From Candidatus Merdicola faecigallinarum (GTDB lineage Bacteria; Bacillota; Clostridia; TANB77; CAG-508): a stretch of DNA of 61,855 nucleotides. Position numbers and translations under genes: made by a program. Location: NCBI GenBank assembly GCA_018714565.1, contig DVNH01000026.1, forward strand, positions 1-61,855. Direction: 5' to 3'. Position 1 is the first letter of the stretch. The number at the start of each line of letters is the position of its first letter. Shown piece after piece: positions 20,330-30,119 of the stretch. The notes beneath the pieces were generated by a model. That model was given only the letters and a program-made list of their open reading frames with translations, had not been told where the DNA came from and searched no databases.

Positions 20330-21926
20330 ATCTTTCTTGATCTTCATTTGTTTGTACTTGTTGTTGTGTTTTCTCTTCTTTTAATGTTTGCTCTAATGTA
20401 TCATGTGCTGCTTGCATGTCCTCTGTTGTTATATCATAATTATCATAACTTTGAATTAGTTCATCCTCTTTTGCTTCGTCAATTAGTATATCAGGTTGAT
20501 ATTTAGTTGTATTTATTGTATTCCAATATTCAATTGAATTATTAGTTAAACTTGTTGCTGAATTTATATCTAAGACTGGTTTAGCTGGTCCATTTATTGA
20601 TGAATATTTTTCACTAGAAAAAGTCATCAAATTGATTAAGGATCCATTTTCTAATCTTTGATATAAATCACGAAAAACGTTTAATCTTATTAAATTGTTA
20701 TTTCTTAATACCTCAGGATTATTATACCATCTTAATTTATTAGAATCATTTTCTAAATCTGAAATCTGTGCTAATGTAATTAGATTTTTATTTATTAATC
20801 CGTCATTGTCTATGTATATCTCATATGCATCCTGTCTTGAAAATCCATTCTCATCTTTTCCAAATTCATTATAATTTCTTTGTAAAACTTCTTCAGGAGC
20901 ATCAACTTTTCCTGCAATATAGTTATCTTTTATAATTAAATCTTTGTCTAATTGTTCTATCAGTTTTCCCATTCCTTCTTTAGTTGTAATATCTCCTATT
21001 TCTGGATTATCTGTAATTGTTTTTTCAACCATTTTATTTATCCACGATTTAACTTCTGGATATCTTAATAGTTCTTCTGATACACCTAATTGTTGCAATG
21101 CTCCTAAGGCTATTTCGTCTTGTGCTAATACATCTGAATTACTAAATATTTTTTCTACCATCTGATTAATCTGTTCTTTTGAAAGATTCGATGTTTTGTC
21201 TGAAGAATTTTCAAAAAGTTCAGAATATTGTGTCAATTTTAATTGGTCAAATGCAGAAGTTTTATTAATTATTCCCCAATATTCATCTGGCTTATTTTGA
21301 AGATTTTTTATTTCTGTTAATGTATTTGTTTGCATATCTTGTTGCAAGTTCTGAAATTCAGAATATTCTAATGTACTTACTTTTCTTTTTTCCGTCTTCT
21401 CTAATAAAATATCATTACTTTCTGAATTTGTCTTATAGATCTCTTGAATATTGTTTTCATCAACTCTATTTCCATTTTCTAATATATATGGCATGTCTGC
21501 ATATTGTAAATTTTGAGCTTCTTGACTAAAATCACTTTCTAACATTATTATTGATTGATTTACTTCTATTTTATCCAATCCAATTAAATCCAATGAAGTA
21601 GTTCTATATGTTTGCTTATTTTGTGCATAAAATTGTGATGTTTTATCCTCTTCTGCTAATGGCACTTCTGCTAATACATGTCCATCTGATATTTCCCATT
21701 CATTTTTTATCATGTTCACAAGTTCATTTACATTATTTTGATTTAATTCTGAAAATTTCTCTCCATGCTTAATTTGAACTTGATTTATCATTTGACTTAA
21801 GTTAGCAAATCCAACACTGCTTTGTATAAATCTTTCATCTACTCCTGCATCTCTTAATATTGCTTTATATAATTCTTGTTGGTTTGTATTTCCACTTTGA
21901 TAATATTTATCTAATTCACTTGCCAT
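20328..21926 (-). CDS. Acidic hypothetical protein (532 aa), candidate secretion substrate
   Basis: Long open frame, no signal peptide or TM, E/Q/D/N-rich, ends QQQVQTNEDQER. Confidence 0.8.
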   Translation of the reverse strand: MASELDKYYQSGNTNQQELYKAILRDAGVDERFIQSSVGFANLSQMINQVQIKHGEKFSELNQNNVNELVNMIKNEWEISDGHVLAEVPLAEEDKTSQFYAQNKQTYRTTSLDLIGLDKIEVNQSIIMLESDFSQEAQNLQYADMPYILENGNRVDENNIQEIYKTNSESNDILLEKTEKRKVSTLEYSEFQNLQQDMQTNTLTEIKNLQNKPDEYWGIINKTSAFDQLKLTQYSELFENSSDKTSNLSKEQINQMVEKIFSNSDVLAQDEIALGALQQLGVSEELLRYPEVKSWINKMVEKTITDNPEIGDITTKEGMGKLIEQLDKDLIIKDNYIAGKVDAPEEVLQRNYNEFGKDENGFSRQDAYEIYIDNDGLINKNLITLAQISDLENDSNKLRWYNNPEVLRNNNLIRLNVFRDLYQRLENGSLINLMTFSSEKYSSINGPAKPVLDINSATSLTNNSIEYWNTINTTKYQPDILIDEAKEDELIQSYDNYDITTEDMQAAHDTLEQTLKEEKTQQQVQTNEDQER

Positions 21927-21935
21927 TTTATCCCC

Positions 21936-22373
21936 CTATTTTTTAAAAATTTTTTGTATTTTATTAAATATTTTTTGTATAAAGTTTTCTTTTTTTTCTA
22001 TTAATTGTGTATCTTGTTTAGTTTCTTCAACAGGTGGTTCAAAAGTTTTTTCCCTTTTCTTAAATAAATTATCTGGATTATATTTTTCCCTTATTTCTTG
22101 CTCATTTTTAAACAATACACTTTTTATTTCCCTTTTTTCCTCTTGGTCACTCCAATAGTTTATATGTATTAATGCTATCATTGATAATGCGTTTTTTGAT
22201 ACATTTTGACTATCTAAAGTTTTATTATAATCATATTGAGGATTATAATTTTTATCTCTTTCTTTTTCTATCATCTGGTATAATTTGGTTGGAATTTTTT
22301 TTATATAATATTTCCCCATCATATTCAATATTCCATATACCTCTGAATATGTCCTTTGCACTTGTATATTCAT
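21936..22373 (-). CDS. Hypothetical protein (145 aa), possible chaperone/immunity partner
   Basis: AGGAG RBS. YSEVYGIL...KIP...NYNP...ALIHINYW pattern; directly upstream of the 532-aa gene. Confidence 0.75.
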   Translation of the reverse strand: MNIQVQRTYSEVYGILNMMGKYYIKKIPTKLYQMIEKERDKNYNPQYDYNKTLDSQNVSKNALSMIALIHINYWSDQEEKREIKSVLFKNEQEIREKYNPDNLFKKREKTFEPPVEETKQDTQLIEKKENFIQKIFNKIQKIFKK

Positions 22374-22385
22374 AATCTTTTTCTC

Positions 22386-22541
22386 CTATCTTCCCTCATT
22401 TTCATTTGTTTGTACTTGTTGTTGTGTTTGCTCTTCTTCTAATGTTTGCTCTAATGTATCATGTGCTACTTGCATGTCTTCTGTTGTTATATCATAATTG
22501 TCATAGCTTTGTATTAATTCATCTTCTTTTGCTTCATCTAC
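22386..22541 (-). pseudogene. Orphan 3' fragment duplicating the last 51 codons of the 532-aa gene
   Basis: Translates VDEAKEDELIQSYDNYDITTEDMQVAHDTLEQTLEEEQTQQQVQTNENEGR*, versus IDEAKEDELIQSYDNYDITTEDMQAAHDTLEQTLKEEKTQQQVQTNEDQER* at 20328-20483. No start codon of its own at the 5' end. Confidence 0.85.
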
Positions 22542-23553
22542 TTTCTTCCTTTTCTTGTTCTGCAATGGTACGACCTTTTTGATCCGCTTCTTTTGCTTCC
22601 TCTATTTCCTCCTCACTTGGTTTTGTCGTAGCCGTTACTATTTCTTCGTTGGTATCTCTATTATATAAACTTATTTCTCCATAATTTAAATTAAGTGCAA
22701 GATTTGAAGTTGTTCCGTCGCTTCTTCTCATTACCATATCAGTATAACTTTTTCCACAACGTTCTCCATTTTCATTATATTCTGGCTGCTCATTTGCCGT
22801 AGCCGTAGTGGCTCCAACAAAATCTGGATTTAGCTCATATTTCCCATTATGATCTTCTCCAATTAAATAAAATGTTCCACTATCCGTTAAAGCTACATAT
22901 TGTTCTGTATATCCTGTTTGTCTTCCAATAACATCTTCAGAAAAGTTCTCGTCTTCTATTCTTACTAAAGAAACAATATGCATTCCTAAATCGTCTTCCA
23001 TTTTCTGTATTGCATCTTCATTTTCTTGCTTTTCTTTTGCTTCTTGCTCTTTTTCGTCACATTTCTTTGCAATCTCTGGCATATTTTCTAATTCATTTTT
23101 TGCATAAATTCCTTGGTCTTTGATTTCTTCTGGAACTAATGCTTGATCCTGCTTAATCAAATATTGATCATGAAATAATTCTTCATAACGTTCTAATCTT
23201 TGATTCATTTCCGCTATATATTGATCATCCAATATAATTAGTCCTTGCTCATTACTTGCACCTAAATATTTCGTTTGATCATATAATTCATAAGATAAGT
23301 TTCCTTGTTCATCTTGTAATTCTGCTAGATAAGCATCTTGGATTCCCACATTTTTATTTAAAGGAATATGTTCTACCTTTACCATATCCATTACTTTTTT
23401 CTCATCATTTTTTTCAATCTCTGCTTCAATCTCTCTCATTCTTTGTAATGTTAGTACTTGTTCTTGATGTTTTTGAAAGTTCTCTAATTCTTGTTTTATC
23501 TGTTTTTCATTTATTTCTTTTTCATGCTGTTTTGGAACTATTTTATTATCCAT
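22534..23553 (-). CDS. Acidic hypothetical protein (339 aa), candidate secretion substrate
   Basis: AGGAG RBS, very E/D/Q-rich, no signal peptide, ends EQEKEESR. Confidence 0.8.
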   Translation of the reverse strand: MDNKIVPKQHEKEINEKQIKQELENFQKHQEQVLTLQRMREIEAEIEKNDEKKVMDMVKVEHIPLNKNVGIQDAYLAELQDEQGNLSYELYDQTKYLGASNEQGLIILDDQYIAEMNQRLERYEELFHDQYLIKQDQALVPEEIKDQGIYAKNELENMPEIAKKCDEKEQEAKEKQENEDAIQKMEDDLGMHIVSLVRIEDENFSEDVIGRQTGYTEQYVALTDSGTFYLIGEDHNGKYELNPDFVGATTATANEQPEYNENGERCGKSYTDMVMRRSDGTTSNLALNLNYGEISLYNRDTNEEIVTATTKPSEEEIEEAKEADQKGRTIAEQEKEESR

Positions 23554-23672
23554 ATTGCCTCTCCTTTATTTTTCTAATTTCTAGTTAAAATTATTTCTCA
23601 CATCTTTTATTTTCTGATTTCATCCATATTTAGTATATTGTTCTTGTTTTTTATAAATTTTTAGTAACGGCT

Positions 23673-24611
23673 TTATTCTGGTAAATCAATATTTAAACTA
23701 TATTTATCAATTGCATTGTCCACTGTATTTTGTTCATTTCCTGCATAACTTTGTAATACTCTTACAGCATTAAACATTAATTTTTCTGGTATATTTCCAT
23801 CATCTACAAATTTTGTAAAGTATAATTTTACTGTTTTTGTCTCTCTGGCATTTACCATAATTAAGTTCTCGGACGAATTTTGCATATTTCTTCTTTGATT
23901 TCCCAAACTCAATTCAATTTCATTTGAAATACTATCATCTAATAAAACAATAGGGTTTTGCGTACGATTTGTAACTTTAACCACATAAGTTTCTGTATCA
24001 TATTCTACTATTTTATATGGAATTTCTATTTTTAAATATTCATCTTCTGTTGATATATTTAAATCTTTCTTTTCTATAAATCCTCCAATAGAAAGTTTTA
24101 ATCCTTGATCTGTATCTTTCAATACAAATTTTTCCTCATAATATAAATATCCATTTCCATTCGTTCCCGTAGCCATAATATCATCTAGTATTCTAACATT
24201 ATATATATAATTATTATCTACATTCGAAAAATTTTGTATATTATATATCTTTTTTGTTGTATATATGTTATCTACATAAGCTTTAAAACTATCAATTGTA
24301 GGATATGATATTTCTTTACAATCCGCATCAATCATAGAATAGGCAGTCTCATAATTTTTATCATTACAATAACCTACAAACTCTCCAATTAAATTATTGA
24401 TTGGCTCTTGTAATGCCTTTGGTACTTCACTATCATCCATAACAGCCTTATTCGGTTCATATGTAGTAGTAGGTTTTTGATTTTCATTTAATTGTTTCAG
24501 AAAATAGTTAATTGCTATAATAATAGCCCACACAATTATAATAATGATAAGTAGCTTTTTATATTTTTTAAAAAAGTTTCTTACTTTCAACCTTAAATCT
24601 AAAAAATTCAT
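23673..24611 (-). CDS. Single-pass membrane protein, possible VirB8-like/NTF2-like T4SS component
   Basis: N-terminal TM then FVGYCNDKNYETAYSMI helix, typical of NTF2-like folds; lies in the T4SS gene run. Confidence 0.6.
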   Translation of the reverse strand: MNFLDLRLKVRNFFKKYKKLLIIIIIVWAIIIAINYFLKQLNENQKPTTTYEPNKAVMDDSEVPKALQEPINNLIGEFVGYCNDKNYETAYSMIDADCKEISYPTIDSFKAYVDNIYTTKKIYNIQNFSNVDNNYIYNVRILDDIMATGTNGNGYLYYEEKFVLKDTDQGLKLSIGGFIEKKDLNISTEDEYLKIEIPYKIVEYDTETYVVKVTNRTQNPIVLLDDSISNEIELSLGNQRRNMQNSSENLIMVNARETKTVKLYFTKFVDDGNIPEKLMFNAVRVLQSYAGNEQNTVDNAIDKYSLNIDLPE

Positions 24612-24623
24612 CTTCTCACCACC

Positions 24624-25157
24624 TTATAAACTAAATGAAATATAAAACTCATTATAATCCGTTTCATATATTACAATATTTTGAGAAATTTTATTTTCGT
24701 TTCCTGAAGTTGCCATTAAGTCTACTATATCTACAAACAATACATAATATTGTCCTTGTCTTTCAATATTCGTATACTCTACTGATATCATCTCTGGATA
24801 AGTTTCTTTAATATATTTTACATAATCATCTAATGTTTTAAAATAATTCTGTTTAAATTCCTCATATAACAGATTATATGCTTTTTCATATTCTTCTTCT
24901 TCGATGTAGCCAATATATTTCCCAAAATACCTTTCCATTCTATCTCTTTCGCCTAGAGTTTTTAAGGTAGCAATTTCTTCTGCTTCTTTTTCTTCTTCTG
25001 TCTTAATGGTCGCTTTTTGTACTGTTGTGTTTTCACTTGACTTCTGCTGAGGAATATATTTATTTTGATTTATATATATACTAATATTAATTACCATTAA
25101 AACACATGCAATTATTGCCAAAATAATTGTATATGTTCTCTCGTCTTTTTTCTTCAT
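24624..25157 (-). CDS. Single-pass membrane protein, possible VirB8-like/NTF2-like
   Basis: TM then YIEEEEYEKAYNLLYEEFK motif, similar to the neighbouring gene. Confidence 0.6.
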   Translation of the reverse strand: MKKKDERTYTIILAIIACVLMVINISIYINQNKYIPQQKSSENTTVQKATIKTEEEKEAEEIATLKTLGERDRMERYFGKYIGYIEEEEYEKAYNLLYEEFKQNYFKTLDDYVKYIKETYPEMISVEYTNIERQGQYYVLFVDIVDLMATSGNENKISQNIVIYETDYNEFYISFSL

Positions 25158-25170
25158 CCAATTTCCTCCT

Positions 25171-25704
25171 TTAATTATATGCTTTTATTATGAACATTGG
25201 CTTATCATTCGTCATCACGTTTGCCACATATACATATAATTTTAGCTTTTTAAAATGTGAATAACGTAATTCAACTGCTGTTTGTGTATACTCTTCCTCC
25301 ATTTTACATGAATTTTTTATTATTTTCACTTTTTTTAATCTTATATTAGGATTTGAAAAAATACCCATTTGATTGTAAATACTATTAAAATCCTCATAAC
25401 TTTGAATGCTATAATTGTTTTTTAATATTTCCTGCTTTTCTTGATAATACTCTTTTCGTTTACTCTCGTCCATTCCTTGTGTATCTACATACAATGATGG
25501 TAAATTATCTTCTGCTAATATTTTTATGAACTCTTTGTAGCGATCGATCGCAACACCTTGTCCATAAACATCCGTAAATTCCTCTAAATTTTCAATTTCA
25601 AGTTCATAATTATTCATTTCTGGTTCCTGTCTAAACAAAAGAATTATCATTGCCAATATATTGATAATGATTACAATATATAAGAATAAATTTATTTTTT
25701 TCAT
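25171..25704 (-). CDS. Single-pass membrane hypothetical protein
   Basis: N-terminal TM, 177 aa, co-oriented in the T4SS run. Confidence 0.7.
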   Translation of the reverse strand: MKKINLFLYIVIIINILAMIILLFRQEPEMNNYELEIENLEEFTDVYGQGVAIDRYKEFIKILAEDNLPSLYVDTQGMDESKRKEYYQEKQEILKNNYSIQSYEDFNSIYNQMGIFSNPNIRLKKVKIIKNSCKMEEEYTQTAVELRYSHFKKLKLYVYVANVMTNDKPMFIIKAYN

Positions 25705-25776
25705 ACATCTTTCTCCTATGTTTTATCATTTATATTAAAACATCTGGTGTATCGATTCCACACACCAGATGCCTTT

Positions 25777-28700
25777 TTAATATCCTCCTCCAGGCCATAC
25801 TGGAAGATCTCTACCATATCTTTGTGCACAATAATTTATACATGCATAAATACAATAATATCCATTAAATCTTGGATCATTCTTGTCATAATTTCCTGCT
25901 CTATATTGATCTCCTGTGAAAGCTGTCGCTTCTGGATCTTCTGGACGCTTGTATGTATTGTATGTTGATGCAATTGCCTGTAATACTCCTGCTGAACAGT
26001 CAAACGATGAATTAGAATCCCAATCATTAACACAATATGGATCTCCACTTGATTCGTTTTCTATCTGTTGTAAAACCCTTTGAACAGTATCTTCAGAAGT
26101 GTCTAATCCTAATTCCGTTAATGCTCCAATAACAATATCTCTCCATCTTTCTATATCTGTTCCTTCCGGATTTTCTACAAAACCAGCCGTTCCTTCATTC
26201 GTTTCGATTTCTGGTGGTGGCATATAATCTTCTATATTTTCTATTACTGCTTTATTTGCTGTTCTTAATATTAATAAAATATCCTCTTTTAGTGTTTTTC
26301 CTATTTTTTGCTCTTTATCTAACATATCTCCCTTTTTTAAACTTTCGTCTACTTGAAATCCACTAATTGTCATTTCCATGTCTTTTACTAAATTTGTTTC
26401 TGTAAATTTAATTGTAATGGACTTTTTCGATATTTTAGTAATTTCACCGATTCCTGGAGTAATTACATCTTGATCTTCAAATTTTATTGCTTCTGCTGCT
26501 CCCATATAAGATCCTAAAATTTTATTTTTTATGTTGTCAATCCACGCAGAATAACTTCCTGCTGCAATATGTAAATTATCATCCGTTGCTCCACTTGCCA
26601 AATATCCTTCAGAGTCTATAAATCCTTTTGTGGTATCTATAAAGGTAACATCTTCTATTCCTTCACAATATTTTTCTATTTCATCATTAAATGCGCTAAT
26701 ACGACTATTCATAGAACTTGCATTTGAATATCCAGCGCCTACTGGAAATACTCTTTGTACAAAAATTGGTACAGACGAATATCTATTTTTTAATGCGTCA
26801 ATTAGTTGCTTCATCTGACTAATTTCACTTGGATTATTCACTCCTAATAAAACACAAACACCTTTTACTTCATCTGTTGGTAAAGAGTTAATATTGCTTA
26901 ACCAATAACTTGGGGATACTCCATTTACTGCTGATATCTTACATTCTTCTAAATATCCATAACCTTCAATTCCTTTTGTATAAGAGTCTCCAATAAATAA
27001 GAAATTTTCCAATGAATCAATCTTTTTCGATAAACCTGTATTTTGAATCACTTGTCCATTTCCCCACTTTTGGATTAATGTATCTCTACTCTCATCTGCA
27101 AAGAAACTAAAATGCATATTATCTTTACAACTTGTCCAATCTCCTCCCCAACTTAAGGTATATTTATGTGCTACCTCTACCATTGGAGAATTTATATAAA
27201 TTTCTTGATATTTTTCCCTTGATTCTGGCATTGCTTCCCACTCTGCTTTTGTCATAGGCTGTTTTCCATAGTAGTTTTGACTCCAGTTTAAATCTACTGC
27301 GGCTCCATAGTTATGAGCTGATTTTTGTCCTACTTGTCCAACTCCTGTTCCATCAACACGATATCCTCCCCATTCTACAATACAAAAATCTGGAGCTGAC
27401 TCATATAAATCTTCAAAAAATGCAATCCACATTTCTTCTAATTCTTCATTCACTTGTAGTTGTATTTCTTTATCTGTTCTCTCTAGTCCTGTGTCTCCTG
27501 CCCAAGTTCTTATTTTTACCGTAATTGTTTTTATCTTTTTATCTACTTCATTTTGTAAATCAGAGTTTGTTGCCTTATCTTGTGGTCTGGCACTAATCTT
27601 TCCATTTGTTAATCTTTCCCATGCGTCTTGATCTGATATTTTTAAAATATCTAAATCTGCAGCTTGCGATCTTCCTCCTTTTACTATATTTTCTCTATAT
27701 TTTATTAATGTTCCATATTCATAATTTTGTTTTTCAAATTCTCTCTCTGGCCATTCTTCTGGTTGGTATGCAGGTATAATCCAATCTAATAAACCTACAT
27801 ATTTATCCTCTAAGTCAGATGCTTTAAAATATTTTAATTCTACTAATAAATCTTTTAAATCTCTTAATATAAAATCTGCATCTTCTGATTTCATATTCTC
27901 TAATATAGTAAATGCTGATAATGAGTTCTTATTAAAATCGATTGGACGATAAATATTATCTGGATCCATTTTATTAATTTCCTCACTAAGTTCCTTTTCA
28001 CTTAATCCATCTGGTAGATCTTTCTCTTTCTCTTTTAATTCTTTTATTTTTTGCGCTGTTTTTCTACTTCCATCATAAATATAATATTCTGGTTTTGGAT
28101 TCGTTCCTTCTGAATCTTGATTTCCTGCTCCTACTAACAATTCTTTTATTCTTGGATTAGTTGCTCCTCTTAGTGGTTGTCTTGTTTGGGTTCTCTGAGT
28201 AGTATTGGATCTTGTCTCTATTATTTCAAATTTTCCCTGATCTCCCGATACCATATCTTTTTGATCTGAATTAGATCCCGGATTGAATTCATAAGGAGAT
28301 AATTCTTTTGTCACTCCACTCTCAGTCTGATAAGCACTAAAATCCGATGCATTTTGTAACCAACTATCTGCACCTCCTACCGCATTTCGTATACTATCAT
28401 TAATAACAAAATAAATGTTTTTATACCATGATTTTTCTACATATGTTATATATGGTTGTACAGATTTTATTTCCTGCCCTTTTCCATCATTTTTATCACT
28501 TAAATCAATTGCTTGCTCTATTGCTGCTATATTAGAAATTCCAATCTCATTTAATGAATCTACTAATTTATTTCTTTCTTGAGCTGTTTCATCACTATTT
28601 TCTTTCATTACTGGTAAATCTGCTTCTGCAGTTTCCAACGCTTTTTCTAATGCTTCTCTCATTCTTTTTACATACGCTTCATTTGTATCTCCAGATTGCA

Positions 28701-30081
28701 TCGCCTCTGTTGGTGTTATTAAATCGGAATAATAGCTCTCTGTATCTGCTTTATATGTAGCATCGCTTCCTTCCCTAGCTTCTTCCATAAAACTGTCCAT
28801 GGTGGATCCCATTCCTGTAACTACTACTGGATTATTACTATCCCCACCATCAGGGTTCTTATAATAAACTCCCATTCCTGTATTATATAACACGCTAGGC
28901 ATTTGTTCTTCCCCTGCTTCTACCTTTTCCAAATATGGAATAAACACTTTCATATATTCAATACATGCTTCAAAATTATCATAAGCTCCATAAGTCTTAT
29001 TATAAATTTCCTGAATTTTCTTAAAATCTTCTGTTTGTAATATTAATGTATTATCTGATTGAATTTTAGTATATAAATATTCTAAACCTTCTATCTCCCA
29101 TATTACTTTCCCCGGTTCCGTTGTTTGTAATTGTTTTAAATGATCTACGGTATCAGAACTAATCGTATATTGAGCTCTTACATAAGAAATTACATCGTCA
29201 AATCCAATATGAACTTTTGTATCAAATTCTTCATCACTTGCTACATGCAACGCTAAATCTGGTGCCATTGTTGCTATATGCAATGTTAATAGAAATTCCA
29301 ATGGTTTTCCATATCTTCCTGTCCATCCTTCTAAGTCAAAAGTATAACTATCTGTATTAAACCAACTCAATAATTCTGGATTTAATACATTGACTGTTAC
29401 TTTTTTATTTGCTCTATCTGCTTTTACCGTTTTTGTATCAATTAATCCATTATCATCAAAGCACAACATTCCGGTTACTTGTCCTGTAGATTTTCCTCTT
29501 ATGCTATTGAAAAATCCACTTACTGCATTTTGTACATTACCATGAACCGTATAGGTATTATAATCTGCTAATAGATATGCTAGCAGGTATTTACTCTGAG
29601 CATTGCTATATTTATCTCCATTCCCATCCTGTGATTCTGTTACTTCATCTGGAGCTGCAAACCCAAATCCTACTACATCATATCCCATATTTTGCAAGTA
29701 GTTTGCTAGTTTTGTTTCATCTTCTTTATGAATATACGCTTCGTTTCCCACAAAGAAACTAGCAAATCCATCCCATAATCCACTCGTAATTTCTGTAATC
29801 TTATCCATCAATAATCCTGGTACAGAGGTAATAAAACCTGCCACTCCAATTAATAGAAAGAGAATTACTAAGACAATAATAGCAGGCCAAGCAAGTGCCA
29901 GAATCTTTACTACTAAAGCTGAACTTTTTACTGTCTTTGCTGCTTTTGCTGCCTTTTTCGCGGTCTTAGCTGCATTTTTTGCTTTTTGAGCTCCTGCACT
30001 TGCTTTATCAATTCCTGATCTTCCATCTTTTCCGGTTTCTTCTTTCCTACTTTTTGACATATCTTCTACATTATCTGACAA
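25777..30081 (-). CDS. Multi-domain cell-wall hydrolase (M15-type peptidase + SGNH hydrolase + SLT-like transglycosylase), VirB1-like role
   Basis: N-terminal TM; SAHNYGAAVDLN...WGGDW...DNMHF (M15); FIGDS...LGVN...DNLH (SGNH); C-terminal QIENESSGDP (SLT). Confidence 0.8.
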   Translation of the reverse strand: MSDNVEDMSKSRKEETGKDGRSGIDKASAGAQKAKNAAKTAKKAAKAAKTVKSSALVVKILALAWPAIIVLVILFLLIGVAGFITSVPGLLMDKITEITSGLWDGFASFFVGNEAYIHKEDETKLANYLQNMGYDVVGFGFAAPDEVTESQDGNGDKYSNAQSKYLLAYLLADYNTYTVHGNVQNAVSGFFNSIRGKSTGQVTGMLCFDDNGLIDTKTVKADRANKKVTVNVLNPELLSWFNTDSYTFDLEGWTGRYGKPLEFLLTLHIATMAPDLALHVASDEEFDTKVHIGFDDVISYVRAQYTISSDTVDHLKQLQTTEPGKVIWEIEGLEYLYTKIQSDNTLILQTEDFKKIQEIYNKTYGAYDNFEACIEYMKVFIPYLEKVEAGEEQMPSVLYNTGMGVYYKNPDGGDSNNPVVVTGMGSTMDSFMEEAREGSDATYKADTESYYSDLITPTEAMQSGDTNEAYVKRMREALEKALETAEADLPVMKENSDETAQERNKLVDSLNEIGISNIAAIEQAIDLSDKNDGKGQEIKSVQPYITYVEKSWYKNIYFVINDSIRNAVGGADSWLQNASDFSAYQTESGVTKELSPYEFNPGSNSDQKDMVSGDQGKFEIIETRSNTTQRTQTRQPLRGATNPRIKELLVGAGNQDSEGTNPKPEYYIYDGSRKTAQKIKELKEKEKDLPDGLSEKELSEEINKMDPDNIYRPIDFNKNSLSAFTILENMKSEDADFILRDLKDLLVELKYFKASDLEDKYVGLLDWIIPAYQPEEWPEREFEKQNYEYGTLIKYRENIVKGGRSQAADLDILKISDQDAWERLTNGKISARPQDKATNSDLQNEVDKKIKTITVKIRTWAGDTGLERTDKEIQLQVNEELEEMWIAFFEDLYESAPDFCIVEWGGYRVDGTGVGQVGQKSAHNYGAAVDLNWSQNYYGKQPMTKAEWEAMPESREKYQEIYINSPMVEVAHKYTLSWGGDWTSCKDNMHFSFFADESRDTLIQKWGNGQVIQNTGLSKKIDSLENFLFIGDSYTKGIEGYGYLEECKISAVNGVSPSYWLSNINSLPTDEVKGVCVLLGVNNPSEISQMKQLIDALKNRYSSVPIFVQRVFPVGAGYSNASSMNSRISAFNDEIEKYCEGIEDVTFIDTTKGFIDSEGYLASGATDDNLHIAAGSYSAWIDNIKNKILGSYMGAAEAIKFEDQDVITPGIGEITKISKKSITIKFTETNLVKDMEMTISGFQVDESLKKGDMLDKEQKIGKTLKEDILLILRTANKAVIENIEDYMPPPEIETNEGTAGFVENPEGTDIERWRDIVIGALTELGLDTSEDTVQRVLQQIENESSGDPYCVNDWDSNSSFDCSAGVLQAIASTYNTYKRPEDPEATAFTGDQYRAGNYDKNDPRFNGYYCIYACINYCAQRYGRDLPVWPGGGY

Positions 30082-30119
30082 TCTTTACAACCTCCTCTCC
30101 ATTATATTTCTTCCTTTCA

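Noticed and set aside
22386-22600. The 339-aa gene extended into the orphan tail through a CGG frameshift
   Set aside because: A +1 shift would join them, but there is no in-frame CGG near the junction (GCG GAT places CGG out of frame), and the ORF already ends in a similar acidic-R terminus.
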